64,000 nt of DNA from positions 32,001-96,000 of IMG/VR virus record IMGVR_UViG_3300025131_000007; one strand, written 5' to 3'. A program made the translations under genes and the position numbers. Numbering within the stretch: position 1 is the first letter of the stretch; each line of letters opens with the position of its first letter. Shown here piece after piece: positions 1 through 9,022 of the stretch. Source of the stretch: a virus. The notes beneath the pieces were generated by a model, which ran no database searches, had not been told where the DNA came from, and was given only the letters and a program-made list of their open reading frames with translations.

Positions 1-513
1 GAAATTATTGAAGTTCCTCGTATAGTTGCTGATCCTACTGAAAATTATATGCTCACTGTGGGCGTTAATGAAAACTCTATGGTGGGTGAGCCTAACTTAA
101 GATTTGATGGCAGCACTTTGTCTTTAGATGGTGATTTGAGTGCTAGTATTAATATTTCTGCATCTATTTTTTATGGATCAGGCGCAGGTCTCACCGATGT
201 TCCGACGGCTGGCAACGAATCTGTTAATAATGTAGCAGTTTCGGCTTCTATGGCAAAGGGGTTTAATTATGTAAGCGCAGTAAGTAGCGCTGTGGGTGTA
301 TTTATGCCACACACTGCCTCTACTTCTGTGGGAGATGTTGTGCGTATGAAGGCAACATCCGGTGTTTCGGAAAATAATTCTATAACTGTTTTTTCCGAAT
401 CGGGATCTAATGTTAGCATAAGTATTGATGGTATACAATCGGTTGTAATGGAATCTGAATATGGGGCAGTTTCGTTTATTTATGTGAGTTCCGGGAATTG
501 GCTAATACTGTAG
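1..513 (+). CDS. fibre/decoration-type virion protein, 5' truncated
   Basis: Frame is open from base 1. It has the SASIFYGSGAGLT fibre motif and a C-terminal module (IDG..ESEYGAVSFIY..NWLIL) shared with 725..1690 and 6264..6719. Confidence 0.6.
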   Translation, partial: EIIEVPRIVADPTENYMLTVGVNENSMVGEPNLRFDGSTLSLDGDLSASINISASIFYGSGAGLTDVPTAGNESVNNVAVSASMAKGFNYVSAVSSAVGVFMPHTASTSVGDVVRMKATSGVSENNSITVFSESGSNVSISIDGIQSVVMESEYGAVSFIYVSSGNWLIL

Positions 514-548
514 ATCGAATAGAGAGCACCAAAGTCATTATAATATTA

Positions 549-573
549 TTCTTCTTCGGAAGGATTTTTTTTT
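549..573 (+). terminator. Rho-independent terminator
   Basis: TTCTTC-TTCG-GAAGGA stem-loop followed by T9. Confidence 0.7.
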
Positions 574-616
574 ATCAGTGAAGACAAGGTTTATAAGCCA
601 TTGGCTTGCGGTGCGT

Positions 617-623
617 CTAGTTA
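617..623 (+). promoter_or_regulatory. putative late promoter motif (CTAGTTA)
   Basis: Matches the CTANTTA consensus, lies after a terminator and precedes a structured leader. Confidence 0.4.
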
Positions 624-724
624 ACGGTGAAGGTCGACTATGGTCGATCGCATCGAGATTGGGGGATCCCTAGTCTCGAAGTTACCATTTAAATTAATTA
701 AACTAATATGGAGGGTTTTATTAT

Positions 725-1690
725 ATGGCTTATAAATTTCAAGTAGGCCCCGCGATTATGTCCGGGAGCCTCAAACAAGAGGATACAATTACCTCTACTA
801 GCACCATTTCTGGTGCGGCTGTTCAAGGTGAAGCAGGAACGCTGACTTCACTTGACTTACAAGTTGGTGGAATCACCAGCGCCGGTGCAATCGCTGGTGT
901 TACTACTATGTCGACCGACGATATCACTTATGGTAATACCGGAATTGACGTCGATGATGCGGCTGCTAGTAACTTCACCATCCAACAAGAAAATGCAACC
1001 AAAGCGATCCGCATCAAACTAGGAGCGGCAGGTGCTGGAACTTCCGGCTTTGGTATAAGAGACAGCAGCAACGGCAATCTATGGGCAGTATTGGATACTG
1101 GAAAGGTTTCTGGTTCGGGAATTCTACACCAGGTGGGTGCTGTTACATTCGGTAGCACCCTTAGTGTAACTGGTGCTGTTTCTGGTGCGGCAGAACTATA
1201 TCATGCCGGCGCAGCTACATTCAGTAGCACCCTTAGTGTAACTGGTGCTGTTTCTGGTGCTGCTGCAACATTCACCTCAACAGCGCTGAGTGATGATCTC
1301 ACGGTGAGCAGCGATATTCTCCCCGCAGCAGATTCAGTCAGTGATATAGGTAGTTCTAGCGCATACTTTGCGAACATATATGTTGATACCATCCACGGTG
1401 GTAGTAATGCTCTGAGTGTTCAAACACTGTCGGCAAGTTCCTTGACTGTTTCAGCTTCAACTGATTTTGTTTTGGTCGCTAAGACTTCTGCTTCTGTTAC
1501 GTTGGCTACTGCTGCAGCAGGACGCAAAGTTATCATTAAGATGTCTGGTTCTCATACCATGGCAACTATTGGTGCAGGTGCCGATGATAACATTTCTGAA
1601 GTTCCAGCCGGTGGATCATTGATTTTGGAGGCTAGCGGCGCTGCTGTCACTATGCTTGCTTATGATGCTGTAAACTGGAATATCTGCTAA
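725..1690 (+). CDS. Gly/Ser/Thr/Ala-rich fibre or head-decoration protein
   Basis: GGAGG RBS, low-complexity beta-repeat composition, an internal 24-aa repeat and the shared C-terminal module. Confidence 0.6.
   Translation: MAYKFQVGPAIMSGSLKQEDTITSTSTISGAAVQGEAGTLTSLDLQVGGITSAGAIAGVTTMSTDDITYGNTGIDVDDAAASNFTIQQENATKAIRIKLGAAGAGTSGFGIRDSSNGNLWAVLDTGKVSGSGILHQVGAVTFGSTLSVTGAVSGAAELYHAGAATFSSTLSVTGAVSGAAATFTSTALSDDLTVSSDILPAADSVSDIGSSSAYFANIYVDTIHGGSNALSVQTLSASSLTVSASTDFVLVAKTSASVTLATAAAGRKVIIKMSGSHTMATIGAGADDNISEVPAGGSLILEASGAAVTMLAYDAVNWNIC
1144..1260 (+). repeat. intragenic direct repeat, 45 bp with 72-bp period
   Basis: TACATTC(G/A)GTAGCACCCTTAGTGTAACTGGTGCTGTTTCTGGTGC at 1144-1188 and 1216-1260, one mismatch. 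Confidence 0.9.
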
Positions 1691-1735
1691 ATTTCATATA
1701 CGAAAAAGACCAATATTTATTATTGCTCTCTTTCC

Positions 1736-1765
1736 AAGGTATCCCTTCGGGGGTACCTTTTTTTT
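1736..1765 (+). terminator. Rho-independent terminator
   Basis: AAGGTATCCC-TTCG-GGGGTACCTT followed by a T run. Confidence 0.85.
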
Positions 1766-1813
1766 GTCTTTAAATTCATCTATAAGAGAAGTGGGAAAAA
1801 TCATATAATGCCT

Positions 1814-1820
1814 CTATTTA
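1814..1820 (+). promoter_or_regulatory. putative late promoter motif (CTATTTA)
   Basis: Intergenic, just upstream of ATG 1839; the motif recurs before structural genes. Confidence 0.6.
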
Positions 1821-1838
1821 TACACAAGAGGTAAGAAT

Positions 1839-2978
1839 ATGGCATATAATGTGGTCAAAGGGGAGACTGAGAAAAAAATAGAAGGCTCGGTGAGCGATTC
1901 GGGAGATCAAACCATTGCGGGAAACAAGACATTCACAAACCCTGTCAGCGCGCCTTCGTTTTACGATTCCAACCTTCAGAAAAACCTCGAACACCCCGCC
2001 TTAACCGAAATTACCAATGATAATTCAGGGTGCATTGTGGTGTCTAACGGCGATGGAACTGCCACAGCATTTACTGGTCTCACTTTTAATGGAGATTGCC
2101 TAAAAGCGTCTTCATATTTTGGTTCCGGAGTAGGTCTCACCAACTTGCAAGCAACCGAGATTCGTGGCAAATTGTCATTAGATAATTTGAATTATGGAGG
2201 TGGGCTGATTGCATCCAATCAACAGTTAAGAGTTAATGGGGGAAAGGGGATAAAAATAGAAGAAGCGGGAATCAGTATTGACAATGTGCCCAACGGAGGT
2301 CTGAACTCTTCGGATGTTGGGGTGCGGGTGGATCCGATGTTAGCTCCACGAAAGCGCGCAATCGGTGTCAATGATCGTTTTTTGATTGCGGATAGTAGTC
2401 AGAATAATACACTAAAAAGTGCTACGATTAAATCTTTATCTACCTATATTCAAAATACACTTAAGTTGACGCGCCCTCATGGTGCTTCCTCTCAAATTCA
2501 ATTTAACGACAGGGGGCTCTTTGGGTCTACTGCTAATTTGCGTTTTGAAATCGATACGTTGTCAACTATTAACGTGGCGTTGCATGGAGAATTGAGAGTA
2601 GGAAAGAACACCCTTAAGGGGGATAAAGCAATTTTAGCTCTCCCTACCGATCCGATAGCTGCCGACAAGCTACCTCCGGGCTCTCTATCATTTTATTTAG
2701 ATGCTGAGACTCAGAGGCTTATGGTCAAGATTAAAGACGCTGAAGGGGTTACTAAAAATTTAGGAATCGACTTGCTCACAAGTGCCGAGATTATAGAGGA
2801 AGACAAGATGCAAGGGTATTTGTTAGATGATGATACTATTGATGATGAACTAGAGATTTCAGAAGATGAAGCAGGCATTTCTACCTTCGCGGAAGAAGAA
2901 GTTGATGATTCGAATAGTAGCTCAAACGAGAATAGTGGAATATTAGGTTATTTCAAAAATGCTTTTACTAAGAAATAG
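1839..2978 (+). CDS. fibre-like virion protein with acidic C-terminal tail
   Basis: GDQTIAGNKTF, ASSYFGSGVGLTNL and QIQFND.GLFG fibre-type motifs. Confidence 0.55.
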   Translation: MAYNVVKGETEKKIEGSVSDSGDQTIAGNKTFTNPVSAPSFYDSNLQKNLEHPALTEITNDNSGCIVVSNGDGTATAFTGLTFNGDCLKASSYFGSGVGLTNLQATEIRGKLSLDNLNYGGGLIASNQQLRVNGGKGIKIEEAGISIDNVPNGGLNSSDVGVRVDPMLAPRKRAIGVNDRFLIADSSQNNTLKSATIKSLSTYIQNTLKLTRPHGASSQIQFNDRGLFGSTANLRFEIDTLSTINVALHGELRVGKNTLKGDKAILALPTDPIAADKLPPGSLSFYLDAETQRLMVKIKDAEGVTKNLGIDLLTSAEIIEEDKMQGYLLDDDTIDDELEISEDEAGISTFAEEEVDDSNSSSNENSGILGYFKNAFTKK

Positions 2979-2980
2979 CA

Positions 2981-2987
2981 CTAATTA
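2981..2987 (+). promoter_or_regulatory. putative late promoter motif (CTAATTA)
   Basis: Intergenic, upstream of the scaffold gene. Confidence 0.55.
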
Positions 2988-3021
2988 TTTGATGGAAAAC
3001 TGTTTTTTAGGAGATTTTTGA

Positions 3022-4290
3022 ATGTCAAGTTTACTCAAAGAGGCGATTGTTGATGCCCATGCCCTCAAAGAAGCCGCACTGAAGAATGCAGAATCAGCGA
3101 TCATCGCAAAATATTCGAGTGAAGTCAAAGAAACCATTGATAAATTGCTAGAACAAGATGAAATGGATCTGGAACTAGGCGGCCCCCTCAGCGGGGAAGA
3201 GATGGGCGATCCTGGAATGGGTGAAGATCCCATGGTGGCGATGGATGATGCCGGCACTGTGGAAGAAGTAACCGATCCCGGTGATATTCCGTTGGCAGCC
3301 GCCGATGGTTTGTCGAAAGAGGTAGGGATGCATTTAGAAAATGCTCCAACTGAAGGGGAAGAGATTGAATTCAATGTCAACCTGGGCGCGCTTCAAGAAG
3401 CTATTGAGGAATTAAAGCAAGAACTCGACGAAGCAGAAGAAATTGAAATTACTGAAGAAGATTTGATAGCTTTGTTGGAGCAACCACAAGATCCTGGTTC
3501 CTTCGCCGGCGAAGAAGAAGGTGTTCGCGATATTGAGGATGCTTGGGAAGATTTCAAAGAAGCCCACATGGATAACAGGGAGATTGAAAACGATGAGTTA
3601 TATGATTTTGTTAACAATCTCACACCAGAACAACATAACTACATTGACCAAGACATAGAAAGAGAAAACATTAGAGTTGTTGATCAATTTTCGGAAAGTG
3701 TGACAGAAGAACAAGAGATAGACATTTCCGAAGAACTTATCGACGCAGTTATGGAAAGACTTACAGTAGACATGGGTGCTACTCTCTCCGGATGGGCAGG
3801 TCGCTCATCTGAAGATATTAAGTGGGAGCTAACCAAAGCTCTCGCTCATCGCAGAGGCACCGATTTCGAAGAAGATTTAGAAGATTTAAAAAAGGCTCAT
3901 GATGAGTTGGTTTTTGAAAATAGCCAACTTAAGGAGCGAAATACAAAATATGAGCAAGCCTTGACGCAACTTCAAGAGAATTTACAGGATATTAATCTCT
4001 CGAATGCGCGCTTGCTTTATACGAACCGTGTTCTTAGGAATACCTCGTTGAATGAGCGACAAAAAGAAAAGATTGTCGAAGCTATTTCAAACGCCGGTTC
4101 AGTTATGGAGGCGAAGACGATACACGATACCCTTCAAAGCACAATGGAGTCTAAGCAAGTTAAGCGCGGACCACAATCATTGAGCGAAGCCATCAATCGC
4201 AGACCCTCTGTTCTTCGTGCTACTCGCAAAGAAAGCAACCCTGTAGACCCTTTTAGCGACAGAATGAAGAAACTAGCTGGAATTAAATAA
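3022..4290 (+). CDS. prohead core/scaffold protein (T4 gp22-like role)
   Basis: Very acidic coiled coil immediately upstream of the major capsid gene, with many (I/L)xE sites and a C-terminal RMKKLAGIK. Confidence 0.75.
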   Translation: MSSLLKEAIVDAHALKEAALKNAESAIIAKYSSEVKETIDKLLEQDEMDLELGGPLSGEEMGDPGMGEDPMVAMDDAGTVEEVTDPGDIPLAAADGLSKEVGMHLENAPTEGEEIEFNVNLGALQEAIEELKQELDEAEEIEITEEDLIALLEQPQDPGSFAGEEEGVRDIEDAWEDFKEAHMDNREIENDELYDFVNNLTPEQHNYIDQDIERENIRVVDQFSESVTEEQEIDISEELIDAVMERLTVDMGATLSGWAGRSSEDIKWELTKALAHRRGTDFEEDLEDLKKAHDELVFENSQLKERNTKYEQALTQLQENLQDINLSNARLLYTNRVLRNTSLNERQKEKIVEAISNAGSVMEAKTIHDTLQSTMESKQVKRGPQSLSEAINRRPSVLRATRKESNPVDPFSDRMKKLAGIK

Positions 4291-4310
4291 AATTATGGAG
4301 GTATTTAAAA

Positions 4311-6134
4311 ATGTCTAGTATTATCGAAAGACTGACTGAAGGCGTTGTCAACCGTGACATGAAAGCCGAAGGTCATGCTCTTCTTACAAAATGGGAACGC
4401 ACTGGTCTCCTTGAGGGATTGACCAATGATCGTTCTAAGCATTCTATGGCTCGCTTGCTTGAAAATCAAGCTAAAGAGCTTCTTCGTGAAACAAGCGCAA
4501 TGAGCGCTGGTGATGTCGAAGGTTTTGCATCTGTTGCATTTCCAATCGTTCGTCGTGTTTTCGCTGGGTTGATCGCAAACGATCTCGTTTCCGTTCAACC
4601 AATGAGTCTGCCAAGCGGTCTCATCTTTTTCCTTGACTTCTTGTTCTCACCAGATCTTGGTGGGCGCGCGCAAAACCAAACCCGAATGGGCAACGTTTAT
4701 GACAAGTCTATTTATGGTACTGATCAGGTTGGATCGCAAATTACCGGTGGTGTTAATCTGGTAGGGGCAACCCTTAAAGAAGACCTCTCTGGTCCTCGCA
4801 CTGTTGGTGCTCGCGGTTATTCCTATTCATCACCAACCGCTTCTGTGGATAACGGAAACTGTCAGTTTTTGGCAGGGTTCTCTCTTACTGGTGCTACTGA
4901 AGCACAAAAAAGAGATTACTTGTTGAATGACCCTGATTTGATTACGCTTTCTCAGTCTAATTCTACGGCTGAGGTCGCAGTCTTTAGGATCCCTGGAAAC
5001 GCCCTAACGGGAGCAAACAATGCCACACCCGCTGATTTTGAAAATCTGGGTGCATTTGTTCTTAATAATTCACCTGGTGCTGGTGCTGAAAATACAGGTG
5101 TTGGAACATCTACCAAGCAAATCCGTCGTCTTACTCAGCAAACTGGGTCTGGTGGAACGGAACGCGATGTTCTCTTTGTGTTGATTGGTCCTGACAATGC
5201 GGCAACAACCGGATTGCAGCCCACCAATTGTAGTGCAACCCCTGCTTCCATGGAAGCAACATCTGTTACTTTCCCACTGCGTGATAATATGGATGCTGGT
5301 GGTGCTATTGGTTCGGTTACCGGTCTTCAAGATTGGGCACTGGAAAATAGCGATAACATCCCAGAGATCGACATTAAGGTCGATAGTGTGGCAGTAACCG
5401 CCATTACCAAGAAACTGAAAGCCAAGTGGACACCTGAATTGGGTCAAGACTTGAATGCTTATCATAACTTGGATGCCGAGGTGGAGTTGACCTCGATTCT
5501 TTCTGAGCAAGTTGCTCTTGAAATCGATCGTGAAATTATCTCTGATCTTGTCAATGGTGCAAAAGCTGCGACCTATTATTGGAGTCGTGCACCTGGGTTG
5601 TTTTTGAACCGAGAAACTGGAACTGAAATTGGAGCGGCAAGTGCTGCACCTGACTTTACCGGTACGGTTTCGGAATGGTATGAAACTCTTGCTGAAACAA
5701 TCAATGATGTTTCTGCCCAAATTCACCGTAAAACTCTTAGGGGTGGAGCTAACTTTGTGGTCTGTGGCCCTGAAGTTGCGAATATCCTTGAGTTTACCGC
5801 TGGGTTCCGCGCATCAGTTACCGCTGATGACGAAACGGGCTCTATCGGTGCTGTGAAAGTCGGTAGTCTTTCTAAGAAGTTTGACGTTATCGTCGATCCT
5901 TACTTCCTCCGGAACGTTGTTCTCGTTGGTCGTCGGGGTTCTAGCTTCCTCGAAAGCGGATATGTGTATGCACCTTATGTGCCACTGCAAACCACACCAA
6001 CGATCTTCGGACCTGAAGACTTCGTGCCAAGAAAGGGTGTTATGACCCGTTACGCGAAGAAGATGGTTCGCCCAGATATGTATGGGTTGGTTATCATTCG
6101 TGGTCTCCTTGGTGAAGCCGGCGCTACTAGCTAA
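4311..6134 (+). CDS. major capsid protein, T4 gp23 family
   Basis: Motifs LLENQ, VSVQPMSLPSGLIFFLDF, KKLKAKWTPELGQDLNAYH, EIDREI, YAPYVPL and GVMTRYA. Confidence 0.95.
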   Translation: MSSIIERLTEGVVNRDMKAEGHALLTKWERTGLLEGLTNDRSKHSMARLLENQAKELLRETSAMSAGDVEGFASVAFPIVRRVFAGLIANDLVSVQPMSLPSGLIFFLDFLFSPDLGGRAQNQTRMGNVYDKSIYGTDQVGSQITGGVNLVGATLKEDLSGPRTVGARGYSYSSPTASVDNGNCQFLAGFSLTGATEAQKRDYLLNDPDLITLSQSNSTAEVAVFRIPGNALTGANNATPADFENLGAFVLNNSPGAGAENTGVGTSTKQIRRLTQQTGSGGTERDVLFVLIGPDNAATTGLQPTNCSATPASMEATSVTFPLRDNMDAGGAIGSVTGLQDWALENSDNIPEIDIKVDSVAVTAITKKLKAKWTPELGQDLNAYHNLDAEVELTSILSEQVALEIDREIISDLVNGAKAATYYWSRAPGLFLNRETGTEIGAASAAPDFTGTVSEWYETLAETINDVSAQIHRKTLRGGANFVVCGPEVANILEFTAGFRASVTADDETGSIGAVKVGSLSKKFDVIVDPYFLRNVVLVGRRGSSFLESGYVYAPYVPLQTTPTIFGPEDFVPRKGVMTRYAKKMVRPDMYGLVIIRGLLGEAGATS

Positions 6135-6156
6135 TTTAGCGTAGCCTATTAAATGT

Positions 6157-6190
6157 AAAGCCCCTGTCTTTGACGGGGGCTTTCTTTTAT
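6157..6190 (+). terminator. Rho-independent terminator after major capsid gene
   Basis: AAAGCCCCTGTC-TTT-GACGGGGGCTTT followed by a T-rich tail. Confidence 0.85.
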
Positions 6191-6197
6191 TTGGAAA

Positions 6198-6204
6198 CTA
6201 CTTA
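6198..6204 (+). promoter_or_regulatory. putative late promoter motif (CTACTTA)
   Basis: Directly after the terminator and upstream of 6264. Confidence 0.55.
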
Positions 6205-6263
6205 TAGCTGAAAGGAATAAATACCTTTCGTTAATTGACCATATTCTATAGGAGGAATTTATT

Positions 6264-6719
6264 ATGGGAACAAAAAGAGTAGGTTGGGCTAGAATCAAAA
6301 GCCTGATTAACGAAAATCAAAATCAATTACATCATCTCAAGCAAGGTTATATGGCGCTGAGTTCTGACACCACGCTTACTGCTGCTGATAGCGGTAAGAT
6401 TATTTTAATGTCAAACAATGGTGTCGATATCACATTGCCCGTTCCAGAGGCGGGGATGACTTTTACAATCATTCAAGTTAGAGATTGGGATACCGCTAAT
6501 TGTACAGTTGATGCGGGCACGTACGTCATGGGCGGTTCTGTTGCTGGCGTAGCCGCTGACTCGAATAATTTAGCCGATGGCAGCAGCGATACTACATGCA
6601 CATTCGGTAGTGCTACGTTAGCAGGCGACCAGATTACCCTCGTGTCAGATGGCACCAAGTGGTATGTATCTGGCATTGGCGCTGCTGGTGGCACTAATGG
6701 TATTACATTCGGTAGCTAA
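6264..6719 (+). CDS. putative capsid decoration/cement protein
   Basis: Follows the major capsid gene; TLTAADSGK..ITLP..GMTF..GD.ITLVSDGTKWYV module. Confidence 0.55.
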   Translation: MGTKRVGWARIKSLINENQNQLHHLKQGYMALSSDTTLTAADSGKIILMSNNGVDITLPVPEAGMTFTIIQVRDWDTANCTVDAGTYVMGGSVAGVAADSNNLADGSSDTTCTFGSATLAGDQITLVSDGTKWYVSGIGAAGGTNGITFGS

Positions 6720-6763
6720 ATATGGTTTTGCCTTATGCGATAACTATTTAAAGGTGCGAATTC

Positions 6764-6790
6764 TCCCCCCTTCCGAGGGGGGTTTTTTTT
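6764..6790 (+). terminator. Rho-independent terminator
   Basis: C-rich/G-rich stem (CCCCCCT-TCCG-AGGGGGG) followed by T8. Confidence 0.8.
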
Positions 6791-6856
6791 AAAAACTCGA
6801 TCTGTCAAATTTTTGCGCCGGTAAATTTTTGAGATTTTCACTTTCTGAAATCAATA

Positions 6857-6863
6857 CTATTTA
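6857..6863 (+). promoter_or_regulatory. putative late promoter motif (CTATTTA)
   Basis: Intergenic, upstream of 6886. Confidence 0.55.
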
Positions 6864-6885
6864 CTATATTATATAGGAGATCCCC

Positions 6886-7197
6886 ATGGGAAGAAAACGA
6901 AGATTAAGAACATGCCCCAAATTTAAGCTAAAACATGCAAGACATCCAAGAATTACGTTGGAAAGTGCCGGCACCACCACAGATACAACCCCAGTTGCAA
7001 TTGTTGTGGAACCCCCCGCACCAACACCACCAACTAATCCTCCGGAAGTGACGCTTGCCCCAGAAAGCACGGAAACCCCGAAAGCTACACCACCACCACA
7101 GTTGACGAAACCTAAAAAGACTACCGTATCTCGGAAGCGTAAACCGACCACACCGCGAAAAACTCGGCCGAGAAAAAAAGACGACAACTCAAAATAA
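6886..7197 (+). CDS. Pro/Thr/Lys-rich basic small protein
   Basis: AGGAG RBS; basic termini flank a PT-rich linker. Confidence 0.6.
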   Translation: MGRKRRLRTCPKFKLKHARHPRITLESAGTTTDTTPVAIVVEPPAPTPPTNPPEVTLAPESTETPKATPPPQLTKPKKTTVSRKRKPTTPRKTRPRKKDDNSK

Positions 7198-7230
7198 GAA
7201 ATAGGGTGTTGAGTTTTGCTGAAAACTCTA

Positions 7231-7237
7231 CTATTTA
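7231..7237 (+). promoter_or_regulatory. putative late promoter motif (CTATTTA)
   Basis: Intergenic, upstream of the neck gene. Confidence 0.6.
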
Positions 7238-7257
7238 GTGTGTAGGAGTGTTTATGT

Positions 7258-8526
7258 ATGCCCACCAATATTAGCCCTAAATCTCAAGTAAGCGCCATTG
7301 TTCTAACGAGCACCGGATCCACTACTGCTGTAACCCAATCGTTGCCTTTTGGAGTCTATAACGACTCAGCCGCCTTTATTAGTGGCGCGGTAGATCAGGT
7401 TGCATATACCTATAAAAAGCTCGGCGGAGATGTCGTTGATATTGAAATAACTCCGGCTAATGTATATGCCGCCTATGAGGAAGCCGTTTTAGAATATTCC
7501 TTTATCGTTAATGTGCATCAAGGCAAAAATGTTCTTTCGAATGTGCTGGGCGAACAAACAGGAACTTTTGATCACAAAGGTGACCTTCTTACGGGGCCCA
7601 CCGGCAGCAATCTTAAATATCCCCGGTTTTCCATGGGTTATTCCCGAAAAGTTGGGGATGGAGCGGCCGCAGCCGGCGGTTTTGGGGGAACGATCCCTCA
7701 ATATTCTGCATCCTTTTTACCTAAAACACAGATTCAGGATTATGATTTGCAAAGTATTATTGAGACAGCATCATCTACAGGTCTAGATGAAAGCGGCAAA
7801 GCTGTGCCCTACGCGGGCTTAGTAGGCAATAAGAGGGTGATTGTCACCAAGGTTTTTTACCAATCTCCACGGGCAATGTGGCGCTTTTATGGTTATTTTG
7901 GCGGTATTGGGGTGGTAGGAAATTATTCCACTTATGGTCAGTTTGCTGATGATTCTACATTTGAAATAGTTCCTACATGGCAGAATAAAATGCAAGCTAT
8001 CATGTATGAAGACTCCATTGTGACTCGAACCTCAAATTATTCATATGAACTTATCGATAACAAGTTGCGGCTTTTCCCCACTCCCAGTTATTGGGGATAT
8101 GAAGATGATGACAAGATTTGGGTAAAATTTTATGTAGATTTGGGATCTTTTCAAACCGGATCGTATGATGTGGGGATTGAAGGAATCAACAATCTTAATA
8201 CGTTGCCTTTTGATAATATACCTTATGGAAATATCAATTCAATTGGAAAACAATGGATTCGGAAATATGCTCTCGCCGTTTCCAAAGAGATGCTGGGTCA
8301 AATCCGAGGTAAGTTTGCGACCATTCCTATCCCGGGTGATTCTGTGACACTGAATGCTAGCGATTTGTTATCACAAGCTAAAGAGGAACAAGAGTCTTTG
8401 AAAGAAAAATTAAAAGAAATGTTAGCTGAGACTGAATATGTAGCTCTAGCACAACAAGACCAGCAACTTACTGACGCTGCTACCGAAGTGCTGAAAGTAA
8501 CGCCGTTACCAATTTTTGTAGGATAA
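7258..8526 (+). CDS. neck / head-tail adaptor (T4 gp13-like)
   Basis: N-terminal KLGG.VVDIE and C-terminal WIRKYALA.SKEMLGQIRGKF..IPG..VTLN motifs; position after capsid genes. Confidence 0.8.
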   Translation: MPTNISPKSQVSAIVLTSTGSTTAVTQSLPFGVYNDSAAFISGAVDQVAYTYKKLGGDVVDIEITPANVYAAYEEAVLEYSFIVNVHQGKNVLSNVLGEQTGTFDHKGDLLTGPTGSNLKYPRFSMGYSRKVGDGAAAAGGFGGTIPQYSASFLPKTQIQDYDLQSIIETASSTGLDESGKAVPYAGLVGNKRVIVTKVFYQSPRAMWRFYGYFGGIGVVGNYSTYGQFADDSTFEIVPTWQNKMQAIMYEDSIVTRTSNYSYELIDNKLRLFPTPSYWGYEDDDKIWVKFYVDLGSFQTGSYDVGIEGINNLNTLPFDNIPYGNINSIGKQWIRKYALAVSKEMLGQIRGKFATIPIPGDSVTLNASDLLSQAKEEQESLKEKLKEMLAETEYVALAQQDQQLTDAATEVLKVTPLPIFVG

Positions 8527-8533
8527 TATATGA

Positions 8534-9022
8534 ATGGCTAATAAATGGAACCGACCCGAACAACCACCTCCCCCTCTTTTTCTAGGAGAAAAGGAGAGAA
8601 ATCTCGTAAAACAGGTTAATGACGAACTGATTGAGAAGGTCATCGGCCAGCAAATTTTATATTACCCCATCGACTTACAGACTACAGATTTTCACCCCCT
8701 TTATGGCGAAGCGATTAAGAAAAATTACCTTCCCCCGGTGCGTGTATATGCATTGGTTGAATTCACCGAATATGCAACTTCTTATTTAGAAAATGCTGGT
8801 ATAGACAAATTGTGGGAAATTGAAGTTCACTTTCACCGCCGTCGCCTTACTGAGGATCAGAACTTATATGTTCGGGAAGGGGATTTTGTTTTATACGGAG
8901 AATATTACTATGAAATCGTAAGGCTTTCGGAGCCTACGAAACTTTTTGGTCAAGTAGATTATTCTTTTGAAATCGCTGCTACATGCAAGCGTTCACGACA
9001 AGGGCTTTTCGATGCTACCTAA
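8534..9022 (+). CDS. neck / head-closure protein (T4 gp14-like)
   Basis: GQQILYYP, HPLYGEA and REGDFV motifs; synteny. Confidence 0.7.
   Translation: MANKWNRPEQPPPPLFLGEKERNLVKQVNDELIEKVIGQQILYYPIDLQTTDFHPLYGEAIKKNYLPPVRVYALVEFTEYATSYLENAGIDKLWEIEVHFHRRRLTEDQNLYVREGDFVLYGEYYYEIVRLSEPTKLFGQVDYSFEIAATCKRSRQGLFDAT

Noticed and set aside
1144-1260. Repeat pair as a diversity-generating retroelement TR/VR
   Set aside because: Only one mismatch, both copies are in frame in one gene, and no reverse transcriptase is in the window.
5070-5726. Long antisense ORFs (also 16206-16871, 29429-29959, 46412-46894 and others)
   Set aside because: They are shadows of well-supported + strand genes, with no recognisable motifs.
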